A stretch of DNA of 64,000 bases, taken from an uncultured Desulfovibrionaceae bacterium (GTDB lineage Bacteria > Desulfobacterota > Desulfovibrionia > Desulfovibrionales > Desulfovibrionaceae). The translations under genes were made by a program, and so were the position numbers. How positions within the stretch are numbered: the first letter of the stretch is position 1; each line of letters opens with the position of its first letter. The stretch spans positions 13,731 through 77,730 of the forward strand of contig CAYVWB010000010.1 of assembly GCA_964455395.1 (NCBI GenBank), written 5' to 3'. The notes beneath the pieces are model-generated. The model searched no databases. It was not told where the DNA came from and saw nothing but the letters and a program-made list of their open reading frames with translations. Below, in pieces: positions 1 through 9,454 of the stretch.

Positions 1-1
1 T

Positions 2-2530
2 CAAAGCGATGAAGCAGGCCGGTTCCTCGCCGCCAACGCCCAAATGGCCAAACTCTACGGCTACGACACGGCTGAAGAACTCGTGGAATCCGTGGAGGAT
101 ATCGGCCGCGAGCTGTATGTGGACCCCCGCGAACGCGAAGAGATCCGCGAGTTGCTGCGACAGGAGGGCGAAGTGGCCCAAGCCGAGCGACTCCATGTGC
201 GCAAGGACGGCTCCACCTTCTGGGCTCAGCTCAACCTCCGCCTCGTTTTCGATGACCAGGGCAAAGCCCGCTACGAGGGCTTCGTCACGGACGTCACCGC
301 CATGAAGGAGATGGAAGCCTCCCTCCTGCAGACGGCTTCCTGCTACCGCGCCATGGCGGAGCTTTCCCGGTTGGTGCTCAAAAGCACTTCCCTCAAGGAA
401 ATCTCGGACCTCGTGCTGGAAACGGCCAAGGCCTTCACGGAAAGCCGCGTGGGGTTCGCCGGCTACATCGACCGGCGCGAGGGCAAGCTCGTGTGCATCA
501 CCATGGCTGGCGAGGTCTGGAACGCCTGTCGGGTGGAAGGCAAGCGCGAACTCTTCGAACACCGCGCGGGTCTCTTCGGTTGGGTGTTGGATCACGGCGA
601 GCCATTGTTGTTGAACAACCCCGCGGAGGACCCCCGCACCGTGGGCGCGCCGGAGGGGCACCTTCCCATACGCCGTTTTCTGGCCACCCCGGCAGTCAGC
701 CGCGAAGGAAAAGTGCTGGGCCAGATCGTTCTCGCCAATGCGGACCGCGACTACGACGCCGGCGATCTCGAGATCCTCCAGACCGTGGGCGACCTCTACG
801 GCATCGCCCTGGAGCGCACCGTCACCTTGGAGGAGCTCAAGCGCGCCAAGGATACCGCCGAGGAAGCCGACCGCGCCAAAATGCGTTTCCTCGCCGCCAT
901 GAGCCATGAGATCCGCACCCCCATGAACGGCATCCTCGGCATGGCCGAGTACCTTGTCAGCAAGGAAAATCTGGACCAGGCTCCCTTGAGCGAAGAACGC
1001 CGCGAAGGTCTGGAGGTCATCCAGGACTCGGCGCGCCACCTGCTCACCGTGGTCAACGACATTCTGGATTTCTCCCGCATCGAATCCGGAAAGGTCACGC
1101 TCCAGGCGGACCATTTCGATCTCCACCAGCTGCTGGAGGCCACCACACGCGCCATGCGCGTGCAAGCGGACGCCAAGGGCCTGGAACTCGCCATGGATAT
1201 CGCGGAAGACGTCCCCCGCTACATCCAGGGGGATTCCGGACGGCTGCGCCAGATCCTCAACAATCTCCTCGGCAACGCCATCAAGTTCACGGAGCAAGGC
1301 GGGGTGAATCTGCGCGTCGCCCCGTACGGCGCCCAACGCAGGGAGCGCCGTGTGGAACGCCACAAGCTCGTGGCGCTGTTGTTCACCGTGGAAGACTCGG
1401 GCGTGGGCATCCCGGAGTCCCAGCAGAGTGATATCTTCGAGCACTTCGTCCAGGCTCGGGACGGCTACGTGCGTACTGCCGGGGGCACCGGGTTGGGCCT
1501 CGCCATCTGTCGGCGGCTTGTCAAACGCATGGGCGGCCGCATCTGGGTGGAAAGCGAGCTTGGCCGCGGCTCCACCTTCTATTTCACCGCCGTTTTCGGC
1601 GAAAGCGACGCGGAACGCGCGCGGCCTGTGGTCGGCCTGGACGACTCGCCGGATCCCGACCGCGCGCTCAACGTCCTTGTGGTGGAGGACAACCGCGTCA
1701 ACGCCATGGTGGCCTCCAAGTTCCTGGCGCAATCCGGCTGCCGCGCCGTCACCGCCGCCAGCGGCGAGGAGGCGCTGTCCCTGCTGGCCGCCGAGCCCTT
1801 CGACCTCGTGCTCATGGATCTGGAGATGCCCGGCATGGATGGCTTGGAGACCTTCCGCCGTATCCGTGAAGGCGGCGCCGGCGCGCTGAATCGGGAGACC
1901 CCCGTCATCGCAGTCACGGCGCATGTGCTTGCGGAAGCCCGGGAGCGCTGCGAGGAAGCCGGCATGAACGGCTACTTGACCAAGCCCTTGCGGCTGGCGG
2001 ATGTGCGCCGGGCCTTGGCTTGCGCTGCGCCTCATGCGTTCCTGCCCCGGGAGGAGGGCGACGCCGCCCAACAGCCAGCCGGCTCCATGGCGTCCTGCGT
2101 CTCCGCCACGGTTCGCAACACGCGCAGCCCCGTCGCCGAAGACGCTCCCCCGGCGCTCCGCAGACCACGACATCTTGAAGCGCGTCCCGTCATGGACCGG
2201 GGGGTGCTCTGGGAACGCCTCGGCGGGGACGAAGGCCTCTACCGCGAACTTCTGGACGTCTACGCCAAGGAGATGCCCGGGCTGGTGGAAGAAGCCGTCA
2301 TTGCATGGAAGGACGAGGACTTCGACCGCATCTCCAAGAGCGCGCACGGCCTCAAGAGCGCTTCCGCCACCATTGGCGCGGACGCTCTGCGCGACACCGC
2401 CGTGCGGCTGGAGTTCGCTGCCCGGGAACGCCGCCGCGAGGCTGCATCCGTACTTGTCTCCAGGCTGAAAGGGGACCGTGACAGGTTCCTGGACGAATAC
2501 GAACGCCTCAGCCAGCCGAGTGAGGCGTGA
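2..2530 (+). CDS. hybrid sensor histidine kinase (PAS-GAF-HisKA-HATPase-REC-HPt), 5' end outside window
   Basis: The reading frame is open from base 2 (QSDEAGRFLAANAQMAKLYGYD, PAS-like), so the ATG at 44 is probably internal. Motifs seen: H-box AAMSHEIRTPMNGILG; ATPase boxes LNNLLGNAIKFT, DSGVGI and GGTGLGLAI; receiver VLVVEDN...LVLMDLEMPGMDG...TKP; C-terminal HPt SAHGLKSASATIGA. Confidence 0.85.
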   Translation, partial: QSDEAGRFLAANAQMAKLYGYDTAEELVESVEDIGRELYVDPREREEIRELLRQEGEVAQAERLHVRKDGSTFWAQLNLRLVFDDQGKARYEGFVTDVTAMKEMEASLLQTASCYRAMAELSRLVLKSTSLKEISDLVLETAKAFTESRVGFAGYIDRREGKLVCITMAGEVWNACRVEGKRELFEHRAGLFGWVLDHGEPLLLNNPAEDPRTVGAPEGHLPIRRFLATPAVSREGKVLGQIVLANADRDYDAGDLEILQTVGDLYGIALERTVTLEELKRAKDTAEEADRAKMRFLAAMSHEIRTPMNGILGMAEYLVSKENLDQAPLSEERREGLEVIQDSARHLLTVVNDILDFSRIESGKVTLQADHFDLHQLLEATTRAMRVQADAKGLELAMDIAEDVPRYIQGDSGRLRQILNNLLGNAIKFTEQGGVNLRVAPYGAQRRERRVERHKLVALLFTVEDSGVGIPESQQSDIFEHFVQARDGYVRTAGGTGLGLAICRRLVKRMGGRIWVESELGRGSTFYFTAVFGESDAERARPVVGLDDSPDPDRALNVLVVEDNRVNAMVASKFLAQSGCRAVTAASGEEALSLLAAEPFDLVLMDLEMPGMDGLETFRRIREGGAGALNRETPVIAVTAHVLAEARERCEEAGMNGYLTKPLRLADVRRALACAAPHAFLPREEGDAAQQPAGSMASCVSATVRNTRSPVAEDAPPALRRPRHLEARPVMDRGVLWERLGGDEGLYRELLDVYAKEMPGLVEEAVIAWKDEDFDRISKSAHGLKSASATIGADALRDTAVRLEFAARERRREAASVLVSRLKGDRDRFLDEYERLSQPSEA

Positions 2531-2594
2531 CGCCTGGCCTTTCGCCGCCGCGCGAGAAAGCCGTCGCCCATTCCGTGTATTTCACGCCTGGTTG

Positions 2595-2622
2595 TTGAAA
2601 AAAATCTGCGATCCCTTATGAT
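2595..2622 (+). promoter_or_regulatory. sigma70-like promoter candidate (TTGAAA-N16-TATGAT) upstream of bphO
   Basis: TTGAAA lies at 2595-2600 and TATGAT at 2617-2622 with a 16-nt spacer, inside an AT-rich patch of the 294-bp gap before bphO. This is a sequence match only. Confidence 0.35.
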
Positions 2623-2722
2623 GGTATTTGACGGGTACCGCCTCGTCGCGTCTGGTGTTCCCTGTCGTCCGGCAAACGCTCGCATCAGGCGACAGCCGCC
2701 TTCACGATGCGGTGGCCGAACC

Positions 2723-2767
2723 CCACGCCAACCACGCCAACCACGCCAACCACGCCAACCACGCCAA
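2723..2767. repeat. perfect tandem repeat (CCACGCCAA) x5
   Basis: Five identical 9-bp units were read directly at 2723-2731, 2732-2740, 2741-2749, 2750-2758 and 2759-2767, between the candidate promoter and the bphO ATG. Confidence 0.95.
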
Positions 2768-2824
2768 CAGGCCGCCACCAACCTGCACGCCGCGAGGGAG
2801 CTCCCCAGTTTGGAATACGCATTC

Positions 2825-3430
2825 ATGCCGCAACTCAAGGACGCCATCATGGACCTCCATGACGAGGCGGAACAGCACGGCCCGCTCCACGCCATCCGCG
2901 AAGCCTGCATCGACGAGGCGGGCTACGCCGCCGTGCTGAAACGACTCCACGGGTTTGTCGAGCCGGTGGAGGAAGCCCTAGCCAGGACGCTGCCCCCCTC
3001 GGAGGAGCTCCCCCTGCCGCTGCCTTACGAGGCGCTGCGCCGGCTCCCCGACATCAAGCAGGACCTCGTCGTCCTTGGGGTGGACGCCGCGACGCATCAT
3101 ACGCTCCCTCGGTGCGAGACGCTGCCCCCGCTGGACCATGCCGCGGCGGCCGTGGGCGTACTCTATCTGATGGAGGGCTCGCGCTTGGGAGGACTCGTCC
3201 TTGCGGAAGCCCTGGGCCGTTGTCTGGGGCTGGAGCCCTGCCGCGGCGCCGCCTATTTCGGCTCCTGCGGGAAGGATCCCCGCGCCCTCTGGGGGACATT
3301 CGCGCCTGCTCTGGAGCATTACGCCACGGCCCCGGATCCCACGGCTGCCCCCAGCCGGAGCGCACGCGTCATCCAAGGCGCGCGGCAAGGCTTCATCGCC
3401 CTGAACGCTTGGCTGGAAGCCGAATCATGA
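2825..3430 (+). CDS. bphO: biliverdin-producing heme oxygenase (BphO type)
   Basis: About 200 aa starting at MPQLKDAIMDLHDEAEQ. The region AAVGVLYLMEGSRLGG matches the heme oxygenase family YVLEGSTLGG block. The stop overlaps the phytochrome start (ATGA at 3427-3430). The ORF-track extension back to 2618 only adds the repeat-encoded leader. Confidence 0.75.
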   Translation: MPQLKDAIMDLHDEAEQHGPLHAIREACIDEAGYAAVLKRLHGFVEPVEEALARTLPPSEELPLPLPYEALRRLPDIKQDLVVLGVDAATHHTLPRCETLPPLDHAAAAVGVLYLMEGSRLGGLVLAEALGRCLGLEPCRGAAYFGSCGKDPRALWGTFAPALEHYATAPDPTAAPSRSARVIQGARQGFIALNAWLEAES

Positions 3431-5859
3431 GCGAAACGCCTCCCAACGACGGCGACCAGTTCCAGGTCACCCTGGAGACCTGCGACCAGGAGCCCATCCA
3501 CATCCCCGGGGCCGTGCAGCCCCACGGGCTTTTGCTGGCGCTCTCCGAACCGGATCTCACCGTGGCGCAGCTCAGCGACAACGCCGCGGCCTTTCTCGGT
3601 CGTCCCCTGGAAGAAACCCTGGGCGCCCCCGTGGCCGAGCTTTTGGCCGAGGACTCCTTCGAGGAGCTGCGGCGCCGCAGCCGCGCCACCCCCAAGGAAC
3701 GCGCCCTCGCGCCGCTGCGCATGCGGCTCAAACCACCGGGGGAGGCGACGTTTTTCGATGGCATCGTCCACCGCAGCGGGGAGTTGCTCATTCTGGAGTT
3801 GGAGCCCCAACCCAAAGACGAGCCCTTCTCCTTCGAGAACCTCTACGCCATGGTGGCGGGGCCCACCGGGCAGTTGCAGAACGCGCAGACCGTGACCGAG
3901 TTGCGCGAGAAAACGGCCGCCATCTTCAAGCAGCTCACCGGGTTCGACCGCGTCATGGTCTACCAGTTCGACCGGGACTGGCACGGCGAAGTCGTCTCCG
4001 AAGCCAAGGAGGACCGACTGGAGCCGTTTCTGGGGCTGCATTACCCGGCGTCGGACATCCCCCTCCAGGCGCGACGGCTCTACGTGCTCAACCGCATCCG
4101 GCTCATCGCGGACGTCATGGCGGAGCCCGCCCGGCTCAGACCCGAACGCAACCCCCTCACCGGCGACCCCTTGGACCTTTCCCACGCGGTGCTCCGCGCT
4201 GTATCGCCCATCCATATAGAATATCTACAGAATATGGGAGTGGACGCCTCCATGTCCATCTCCCTGGTCAAGCAGGACGAGCTGTGGGGCCTCATCGCCT
4301 GTCACGGCTACTCCGGTCCCCACTACGTGAGCTACGAGGTCCGCCAAGCGTGCGAATTCCTCGGTCAGACCGTCTCCCTGCTCCTGCCGGACCTGCTCAT
4401 CAAGGAAGAATACGAAGACCGCCTGCAGAAAGACCGCATCCATGACGCTTTGGCCGACCGCGTGGAGAAGCTCGGCGCCATCGGCCCCGACCTCTTGAAC
4501 GGCGAGCCCGGCTTGATGGACCTGGTGGAAGCCGACGGCGTCGCCCTCGTCTACGGCGGCGCTGTCCGAACCACCGGCCGCACCCCCTCGCAGACGCAGA
4601 TTCGCGCGCTTGTGGACTGGCTCATCCAGTCGGAGACCTTCGAGCACAGCAAAGTCTGGGAGACCAACCATTTGAGCGGCGCTTTCCCGGAGGCCGAAGC
4701 CTACGCCGACGCGGCCAGCGGGCTCCTTGCCATGGTCATCGCTCGCACTCGGGGGGACTGTGTGCTCTGGTTCCGTGGCGAAGTGGTGCAGACCGTGAGC
4801 TGGGCCGGGGATCCTTCCAAATCCGTTCAAGTGGACCCCGTCAAGGAGCGACTCTCACCCCGCAAGAGCTTCCAGAAGTGGAAGGAAGTGGTGAACCGCC
4901 ACGCTACCCGCTGGAGCGACGCCGAGATCGACGCTGTCAAACGACTGCGCGTCACCATGGTGGAGACGGAGCGCAAGCGCGCAGAAGCCGAGCTCAAACG
5001 CAGCCATGAGCAGATCGAACAGAAAGTGGCGGACCGCACCGCAGAGCTGGAGCGCGTGAACGCCGAACTCAAGAGCGAAGTGGCCGAACGCAAGCGCGCC
5101 GAGGACGAACTGGAGAACTCCCTCCGCCAGCTGGAGGTGAAGAACGCCGAGCTGGAGCGCTTCACCTACACCGTTTCGCACGACCTCAAGAGCCCGCTCA
5201 TCACCATAGTGGGCTTTCTGGGCATGCTGGAAAAGGATGCGCTGGCCGGAGACGAGTCGCGCATCCGCGAGGACATCGAACGCATCGGCAACGCCGCCGA
5301 CCGCATGCGTGATCTGCTGGACGAACTGCTGAAACTCTCCCGTGTGGGACGCCTGGACAATCCCAAGGAATCCATCGACATGCCCGCGCTGGCCAAGGAA
5401 GCCGCGGAGCTCGTCTCCGGCCGGCTTGCGCGACTCGACGCGAACGTGGAGGTGGACGAGTCCATGCCAGCCGCCTGGGGCGACAAACCCCGCTTGCGCG
5501 AGGTCTTCCAGAATCTGCTGGACAACGCCGCCAAATTCATGCCGCAAGGCCGCGAACCCCGCATCCGCGTCTACTGCCGCGATGCTTCCCCCGGAGAGCC
5601 GGAGGGCCCCGTCTACTGCGTGGAAGACAACGGCATGGGCGTGGATGCGCGACACCACGACAAGATATTCAACATATTCGACAAGCTGGATGCTGACAGC
5701 GAAGGCACCGGCGTGGGCCTCGCCATGGTCAAACGCATCATCGAAGACCTGCACGGCGGCGCCATCTGGGTTCTCTCCGAAGGCGCCGACAAAGGCGCGG
5801 CCTTCTGCTTCACCTTGGCGCCCGCGCCACGAGGTGTGGACGCCACGTCCGAGGAATGA
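3427..5859 (+). CDS. bphP: bacteriophytochrome sensor histidine kinase
   Basis: Start MSETPPNDG. An N-terminal Cys sits immediately before the conserved block (TCDQEPIHIPGAVQPHG). GAF motifs PASDIPLQARRLY and SPIHIEYLQNMG; PHY motif PRKSFQKW; coiled coil; H-box TVSHDLKSPL; ATPase boxes DNGMGV and GTGVGLAMV. Confidence 0.9.
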   Translation: MSETPPNDGDQFQVTLETCDQEPIHIPGAVQPHGLLLALSEPDLTVAQLSDNAAAFLGRPLEETLGAPVAELLAEDSFEELRRRSRATPKERALAPLRMRLKPPGEATFFDGIVHRSGELLILELEPQPKDEPFSFENLYAMVAGPTGQLQNAQTVTELREKTAAIFKQLTGFDRVMVYQFDRDWHGEVVSEAKEDRLEPFLGLHYPASDIPLQARRLYVLNRIRLIADVMAEPARLRPERNPLTGDPLDLSHAVLRAVSPIHIEYLQNMGVDASMSISLVKQDELWGLIACHGYSGPHYVSYEVRQACEFLGQTVSLLLPDLLIKEEYEDRLQKDRIHDALADRVEKLGAIGPDLLNGEPGLMDLVEADGVALVYGGAVRTTGRTPSQTQIRALVDWLIQSETFEHSKVWETNHLSGAFPEAEAYADAASGLLAMVIARTRGDCVLWFRGEVVQTVSWAGDPSKSVQVDPVKERLSPRKSFQKWKEVVNRHATRWSDAEIDAVKRLRVTMVETERKRAEAELKRSHEQIEQKVADRTAELERVNAELKSEVAERKRAEDELENSLRQLEVKNAELERFTYTVSHDLKSPLITIVGFLGMLEKDALAGDESRIREDIERIGNAADRMRDLLDELLKLSRVGRLDNPKESIDMPALAKEAAELVSGRLARLDANVEVDESMPAAWGDKPRLREVFQNLLDNAAKFMPQGREPRIRVYCRDASPGEPEGPVYCVEDNGMGVDARHHDKIFNIFDKLDADSEGTGVGLAMVKRIIEDLHGGAIWVLSEGADKGAAFCFTLAPAPRGVDATSEE

Positions 5860-6341
5860 ACTTTGTTCATGATTATATGTTCATGTGTAACCGGTGCAAT
5901 GCGATGCCTGACAAGACGCCCATCGTCCTTCTGGTGGAAGACAACCCGGACCACGCGCTGCTGACCCGGCGCGCTCTGGAAGACGTCACGCCCGCCGTGG
6001 AGTTCATCCACATCGCGGACGGCGACAAAGCCATGACCTTTCTGGAAGACCACGAAGCCGCGCCCTCGGCTCCCTGGCTCATCCTGCTGGATCTCCGGTT
6101 GCCGCGACGCAGCGGCTTCGAAGTGCTGGAGCGCCTCAAGCAGAACGAGTTCTGGCGGCGTGTTCCCGTGGTGATCTTCACTTCCTCCGAACGCGACGCG
6201 GATGTGGAGGAAGCTTTGCGCCTCTTCGCCAACAGTTACGTGGTCAAGCCTACGGATTTCAACAAGTTTCAGGAACTCATCCGCGCCATGGCGGAATATT
6301 GGCTGCAGTGGAGCAAGCTGCCCCACCAACAGAAGGCGTGA
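5856..6341 (+). CDS. single-domain response regulator (phytochrome-associated receiver)
   Basis: Receiver motifs IVLLVEDNPDHA, LILLDLRLP, VVIFTSS and VVKP. The ATG at 5856 overlaps the bphP stop (ATGA). An alternative start is the ATG at 5904 (MPDKTPIVLL). Confidence 0.85.
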   Translation: MNFVHDYMFMCNRCNAMPDKTPIVLLVEDNPDHALLTRRALEDVTPAVEFIHIADGDKAMTFLEDHEAAPSAPWLILLDLRLPRRSGFEVLERLKQNEFWRRVPVVIFTSSERDADVEEALRLFANSYVVKPTDFNKFQELIRAMAEYWLQWSKLPHQQKA

Positions 6342-6379
6342 GCTCCTCCATGCCTGCCCCCTTGTGAGCCCTCGATCCC

Positions 6380-8104
6380 ATGCAGCAAGACCCCTTGAAC
6401 CTGAACGTCTCCGCCAGCGACTCCACGGCGCGCGTCCTGCTCGTGGAGGACGACGAGGACCACGCTCTGCTGGTGGCGCGGGCCTTCGAGGGAGAGGCGT
6501 CGCTCACCCTGGAACGCGTGGCGACCCTGGCGCAAGCCCGCGAAGCCCTTGCCGGAAGCGCATTCCACCTCGTTCTGGCGGATCTCATGTTGCCGGATGG
6601 CCGTGGGCTCGATCTGTTGTCCGAAGACGGCGGCGCGGCGCCCGTCGTCATCATCACCTCCCAAGGGGACGAACGCAGCGCCGTGGAAGCGCTCAAACGC
6701 GGCGCAGTCGATTATGTCCCCAAAACGCCGCAAGCCCTGGGCGACGCCCCCCGGCTCTGTCGGGCCGCCTTGCGGCAGTGGACGGAACAATCGCTACGCC
6801 GCGCGGCGGAAGCGGCCCTGCGCGACGCCAACGAAGTCCTCGAAGCCAGGGTGGCGGAGCGCACCCGCGAGCTTGAAACAGCCAACCGGGTGAAAGCACA
6901 GTTTCTTTCCAACATGAGCCACGAGCTGCGCACGCCTTTGACCGGCATCCTCGGCGTGGCCGAGCTGCTCCAGGACACCACGCTGAGCCAGGAGCAGCGC
7001 GAGTATCTGGACCTCATCGAGCAAGCGGCGCGTCAGCTCAACGCCAACGTCGACAATCTGTTGGAACTTTCCGCGGTGGAGTTCGACGCGCCGGTCATCG
7101 CCGCCAAACCCTTCCATCCCCGTCCGCTGCTGGAATCCATGGCGTTGGCCGCGTCGGTCAAGGCCTCCAGCAAACAGCTCGCGTTCCGGTACGACCTGGC
7201 TGCGGATATCCCGCCCGTGCTGGTGGGGGACGCGCTGCGCATCCGCCAGGCGCTGCTGCAGCTGTTGTTGAACGCCGTGGCTTTCACGCCCCAAGGCGGC
7301 GTGACCATGCGCGCGCATGTGGAGCCGGCGCATGGCGAAGCAACCGTGCGGCCCGGCGCCGCCGCTCTGTTCGTGGTGGCTGTGGAAGACACCGGCGTGG
7401 GCGTGCCTTCAGACAAGCTGGAAGCCATCTTCGAAAATTTCACCCTCGGCGAAGACTATATGGTGAAAGCGCACGGCGGCGCCGGCGTGGGGTTGTCCAT
7501 CGCGCGCAAACTCGCCCGGCTCATGGGGGGCGAGGTGCTGGCGCACAGCGTGGTCAACCAGGGCAGCGTCTTCACCCTCTCCGCGCAGGTCTCCGTGCCG
7601 GAAACAGCCGACGAAACCCCGCGCCATGTGGAGGATGAACAGGCGGTGCGCAATCCTGCCGCCGCGCGACTCACAGGCTGCGCCGAGGCGCCGACGTCCA
7701 TCCTTGTGGTGGAGGACGACGCCGTCATCCGCCGCGCCTTGCGCCGCGCGCTCGTGTCGCACGGCTACGTCACACAGGGTGTCCCCAACGGCCGCGACGC
7801 TCTGCGCAAGCTTGCGACGGACCGTTTCGATTGCGTGCTGATGGACTTGCAGATGCCTGTCATGGACGGCCTGGAAGCCACCCGCCGCATCCGCAGCGGC
7901 GAGGACCCCCGCATCGACGCGCGCATCCCCATCATCGCCATTTCAGCTTTCGCCCAGACGCAGGAGCGAACGCAGCTTCTGGCGCACGGTCTGGACGAAC
8001 TGGCGTTCAAGCCGCTGCAGGGCCGGGCTCTGCTGGAACTCATCCGGGACGTCCTGGAACGCCGCCGGCATACTCCACCCGGGGCCGGCGGGGACCTCGG
8101 CTGA
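6380..8104 (+). CDS. hybrid histidine kinase (REC-HisKA-HATPase-REC)
   Basis: N-terminal receiver (VLLVEDDEDHA, LVLADLMLPDG); H-box SNMSHELRTPLTGILG; ATPase boxes (LLLNAVAFT, DTGVGV, GGAGVGLSIA); C-terminal receiver (ILVVEDD, CVLMDLQMPVMDG). Confidence 0.85.
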   Translation: MQQDPLNLNVSASDSTARVLLVEDDEDHALLVARAFEGEASLTLERVATLAQAREALAGSAFHLVLADLMLPDGRGLDLLSEDGGAAPVVIITSQGDERSAVEALKRGAVDYVPKTPQALGDAPRLCRAALRQWTEQSLRRAAEAALRDANEVLEARVAERTRELETANRVKAQFLSNMSHELRTPLTGILGVAELLQDTTLSQEQREYLDLIEQAARQLNANVDNLLELSAVEFDAPVIAAKPFHPRPLLESMALAASVKASSKQLAFRYDLAADIPPVLVGDALRIRQALLQLLLNAVAFTPQGGVTMRAHVEPAHGEATVRPGAAALFVVAVEDTGVGVPSDKLEAIFENFTLGEDYMVKAHGGAGVGLSIARKLARLMGGEVLAHSVVNQGSVFTLSAQVSVPETADETPRHVEDEQAVRNPAAARLTGCAEAPTSILVVEDDAVIRRALRRALVSHGYVTQGVPNGRDALRKLATDRFDCVLMDLQMPVMDGLEATRRIRSGEDPRIDARIPIIAISAFAQTQERTQLLAHGLDELAFKPLQGRALLELIRDVLERRRHTPPGAGGDLG

Positions 8105-8213
8105 GCTGTCCGTCGAGGGCGTCGGCGGAGCCATCACGGCGCTTTACAGCGGCAGCTCGCGAGGCTACCACTCTGAAGCGCCCCGCGCCATTGTCAGCTC
8201 AAAGGAGAAAGCC

Positions 8214-9407
8214 ATGTCCGTAATTGCAGAATCCGTCGCCGGGTATCTGGAAAAGTCTTCGTGGATCAGGAAAATGTTCGAGGCCGGCGCGGCCATGAAA
8301 GCCGAGCACGGGGAAGACGCCGTTTGCGACTTCAGTCTCGGCAATCCGGACCTGCCGCCGCCCCCCCGTGTGGCCGAGGCGCTGCGAGAGCTGGCGGACA
8401 TGGCGACCACGCCCTTCGCGTTCGGGTACATGCCCAACGCGGGGTATCCTTGGCTGCGGGAGAAACTCGCCGACCATCTGGCCGGGGAGCAGGGCGCCTC
8501 CATCGCAGCGGACGACATCGTCGTCACCTGCGGCGCCGCCGGCGGCCTGAACGCCGTCTTCAAGGCGGTGCTGAACCCCGGGGACGAAGTGCTCTGCCCC
8601 CGGCCTTATTTCGTGGAGTACGGCTTTTACGCGACCAACCACCAGGGCGTACTGACCACCGCCCCCGTGCGGGAGACGGATTTCGGCCTGGACGTGGCGG
8701 CCATGGCTGAAGCCATCACGCCGCGCACCCGCGTGGTGCTGGTGAATTCTCCAAACAACCCCACCGGCGCCATCTACGATGCGCAATCCCTGGCGGAGCT
8801 GGCGGCCCTGCTGGAGGAGAAGCGTCGGGAGCACGGTAGGCCCATTTTCCTGGTTGCAGACGAGCCCTACCGCTTCCTCACCTATGACGACGCCACGGCG
8901 CCCCCACTGCTGGCGGCTTCGCCCTACGCCGTGCTGGTGAGCTCCTTCTCCAAGAATCTCGGCCTGGCCGGGGAACGCATCGGGTATGTCGCGCCCAACC
9001 CGGCCATGCCCGAAAAACAGACGTTCCTTGATGGCGTCATTCTCGCCAACCGCATCCTCGGTTTCGTCAACGCCCCCGCCGTGGGACAACGTCTCGTCCA
9101 TGCGAGCCTCGGCGCGCAGGTGGACACCTCCCGCTACGCGCGCCGCCGCGACGCCATGGCCGCCGTGCTGGATGGCGCAGGGCTGCGTTTCGTTTCCCCC
9201 AAGGGCGGCTTCTATTTCTTCCCGCAGGTCCCGGAAGCCTTCGCCGGGGACGATGTCGCCTTCTGCAAGCGGCTCGCGGAGGAACGCATCCTCGCAGTGC
9301 CGGGCCGCGGGTTCGGCATGCCGGGGTACATCCGGCTCACCTTCTGCGTGCCTACCGAGGTCATCGAGCGGTCCGCCGCCGGCTTCGTCCGCGCCGTCGC
9401 GCCCTGA
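8214..9407 (+). CDS. class I/II PLP-dependent aminotransferase
   Basis: 397 aa. SFSKNLGLAGERIGY matches the PLP-lysine motif, and NSPNNPTG is the typical fold-type I block. The SD AAAGGAG lies upstream of the ATG. Confidence 0.85.
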   Translation: MSVIAESVAGYLEKSSWIRKMFEAGAAMKAEHGEDAVCDFSLGNPDLPPPPRVAEALRELADMATTPFAFGYMPNAGYPWLREKLADHLAGEQGASIAADDIVVTCGAAGGLNAVFKAVLNPGDEVLCPRPYFVEYGFYATNHQGVLTTAPVRETDFGLDVAAMAEAITPRTRVVLVNSPNNPTGAIYDAQSLAELAALLEEKRREHGRPIFLVADEPYRFLTYDDATAPPLLAASPYAVLVSSFSKNLGLAGERIGYVAPNPAMPEKQTFLDGVILANRILGFVNAPAVGQRLVHASLGAQVDTSRYARRRDAMAAVLDGAGLRFVSPKGGFYFFPQVPEAFAGDDVAFCKRLAEERILAVPGRGFGMPGYIRLTFCVPTEVIERSAAGFVRAVAP

Positions 9408-9454
9408 TAGACGTTTGCAGCGTTGCGCTGCGTTCAGTGCAAGAGAAATACGCG

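Noticed and set aside
2723-2767. The 9-bp repeat array as a CRISPR array
   Set aside because: The units are directly abutting with no spacers and are far shorter than CRISPR repeats. No cas genes are present in the window.
2618-2824. N-terminal 69-codon extension of BphO containing (PRQ)5
   Set aside because: Heme-oxygenase similarity only begins at the ATG at 2825. The extension is basic, low-complexity sequence made of the 9-bp repeat, and no SD precedes 2618. It is kept as an open alternative in the repeat finding and is not annotated as coding.
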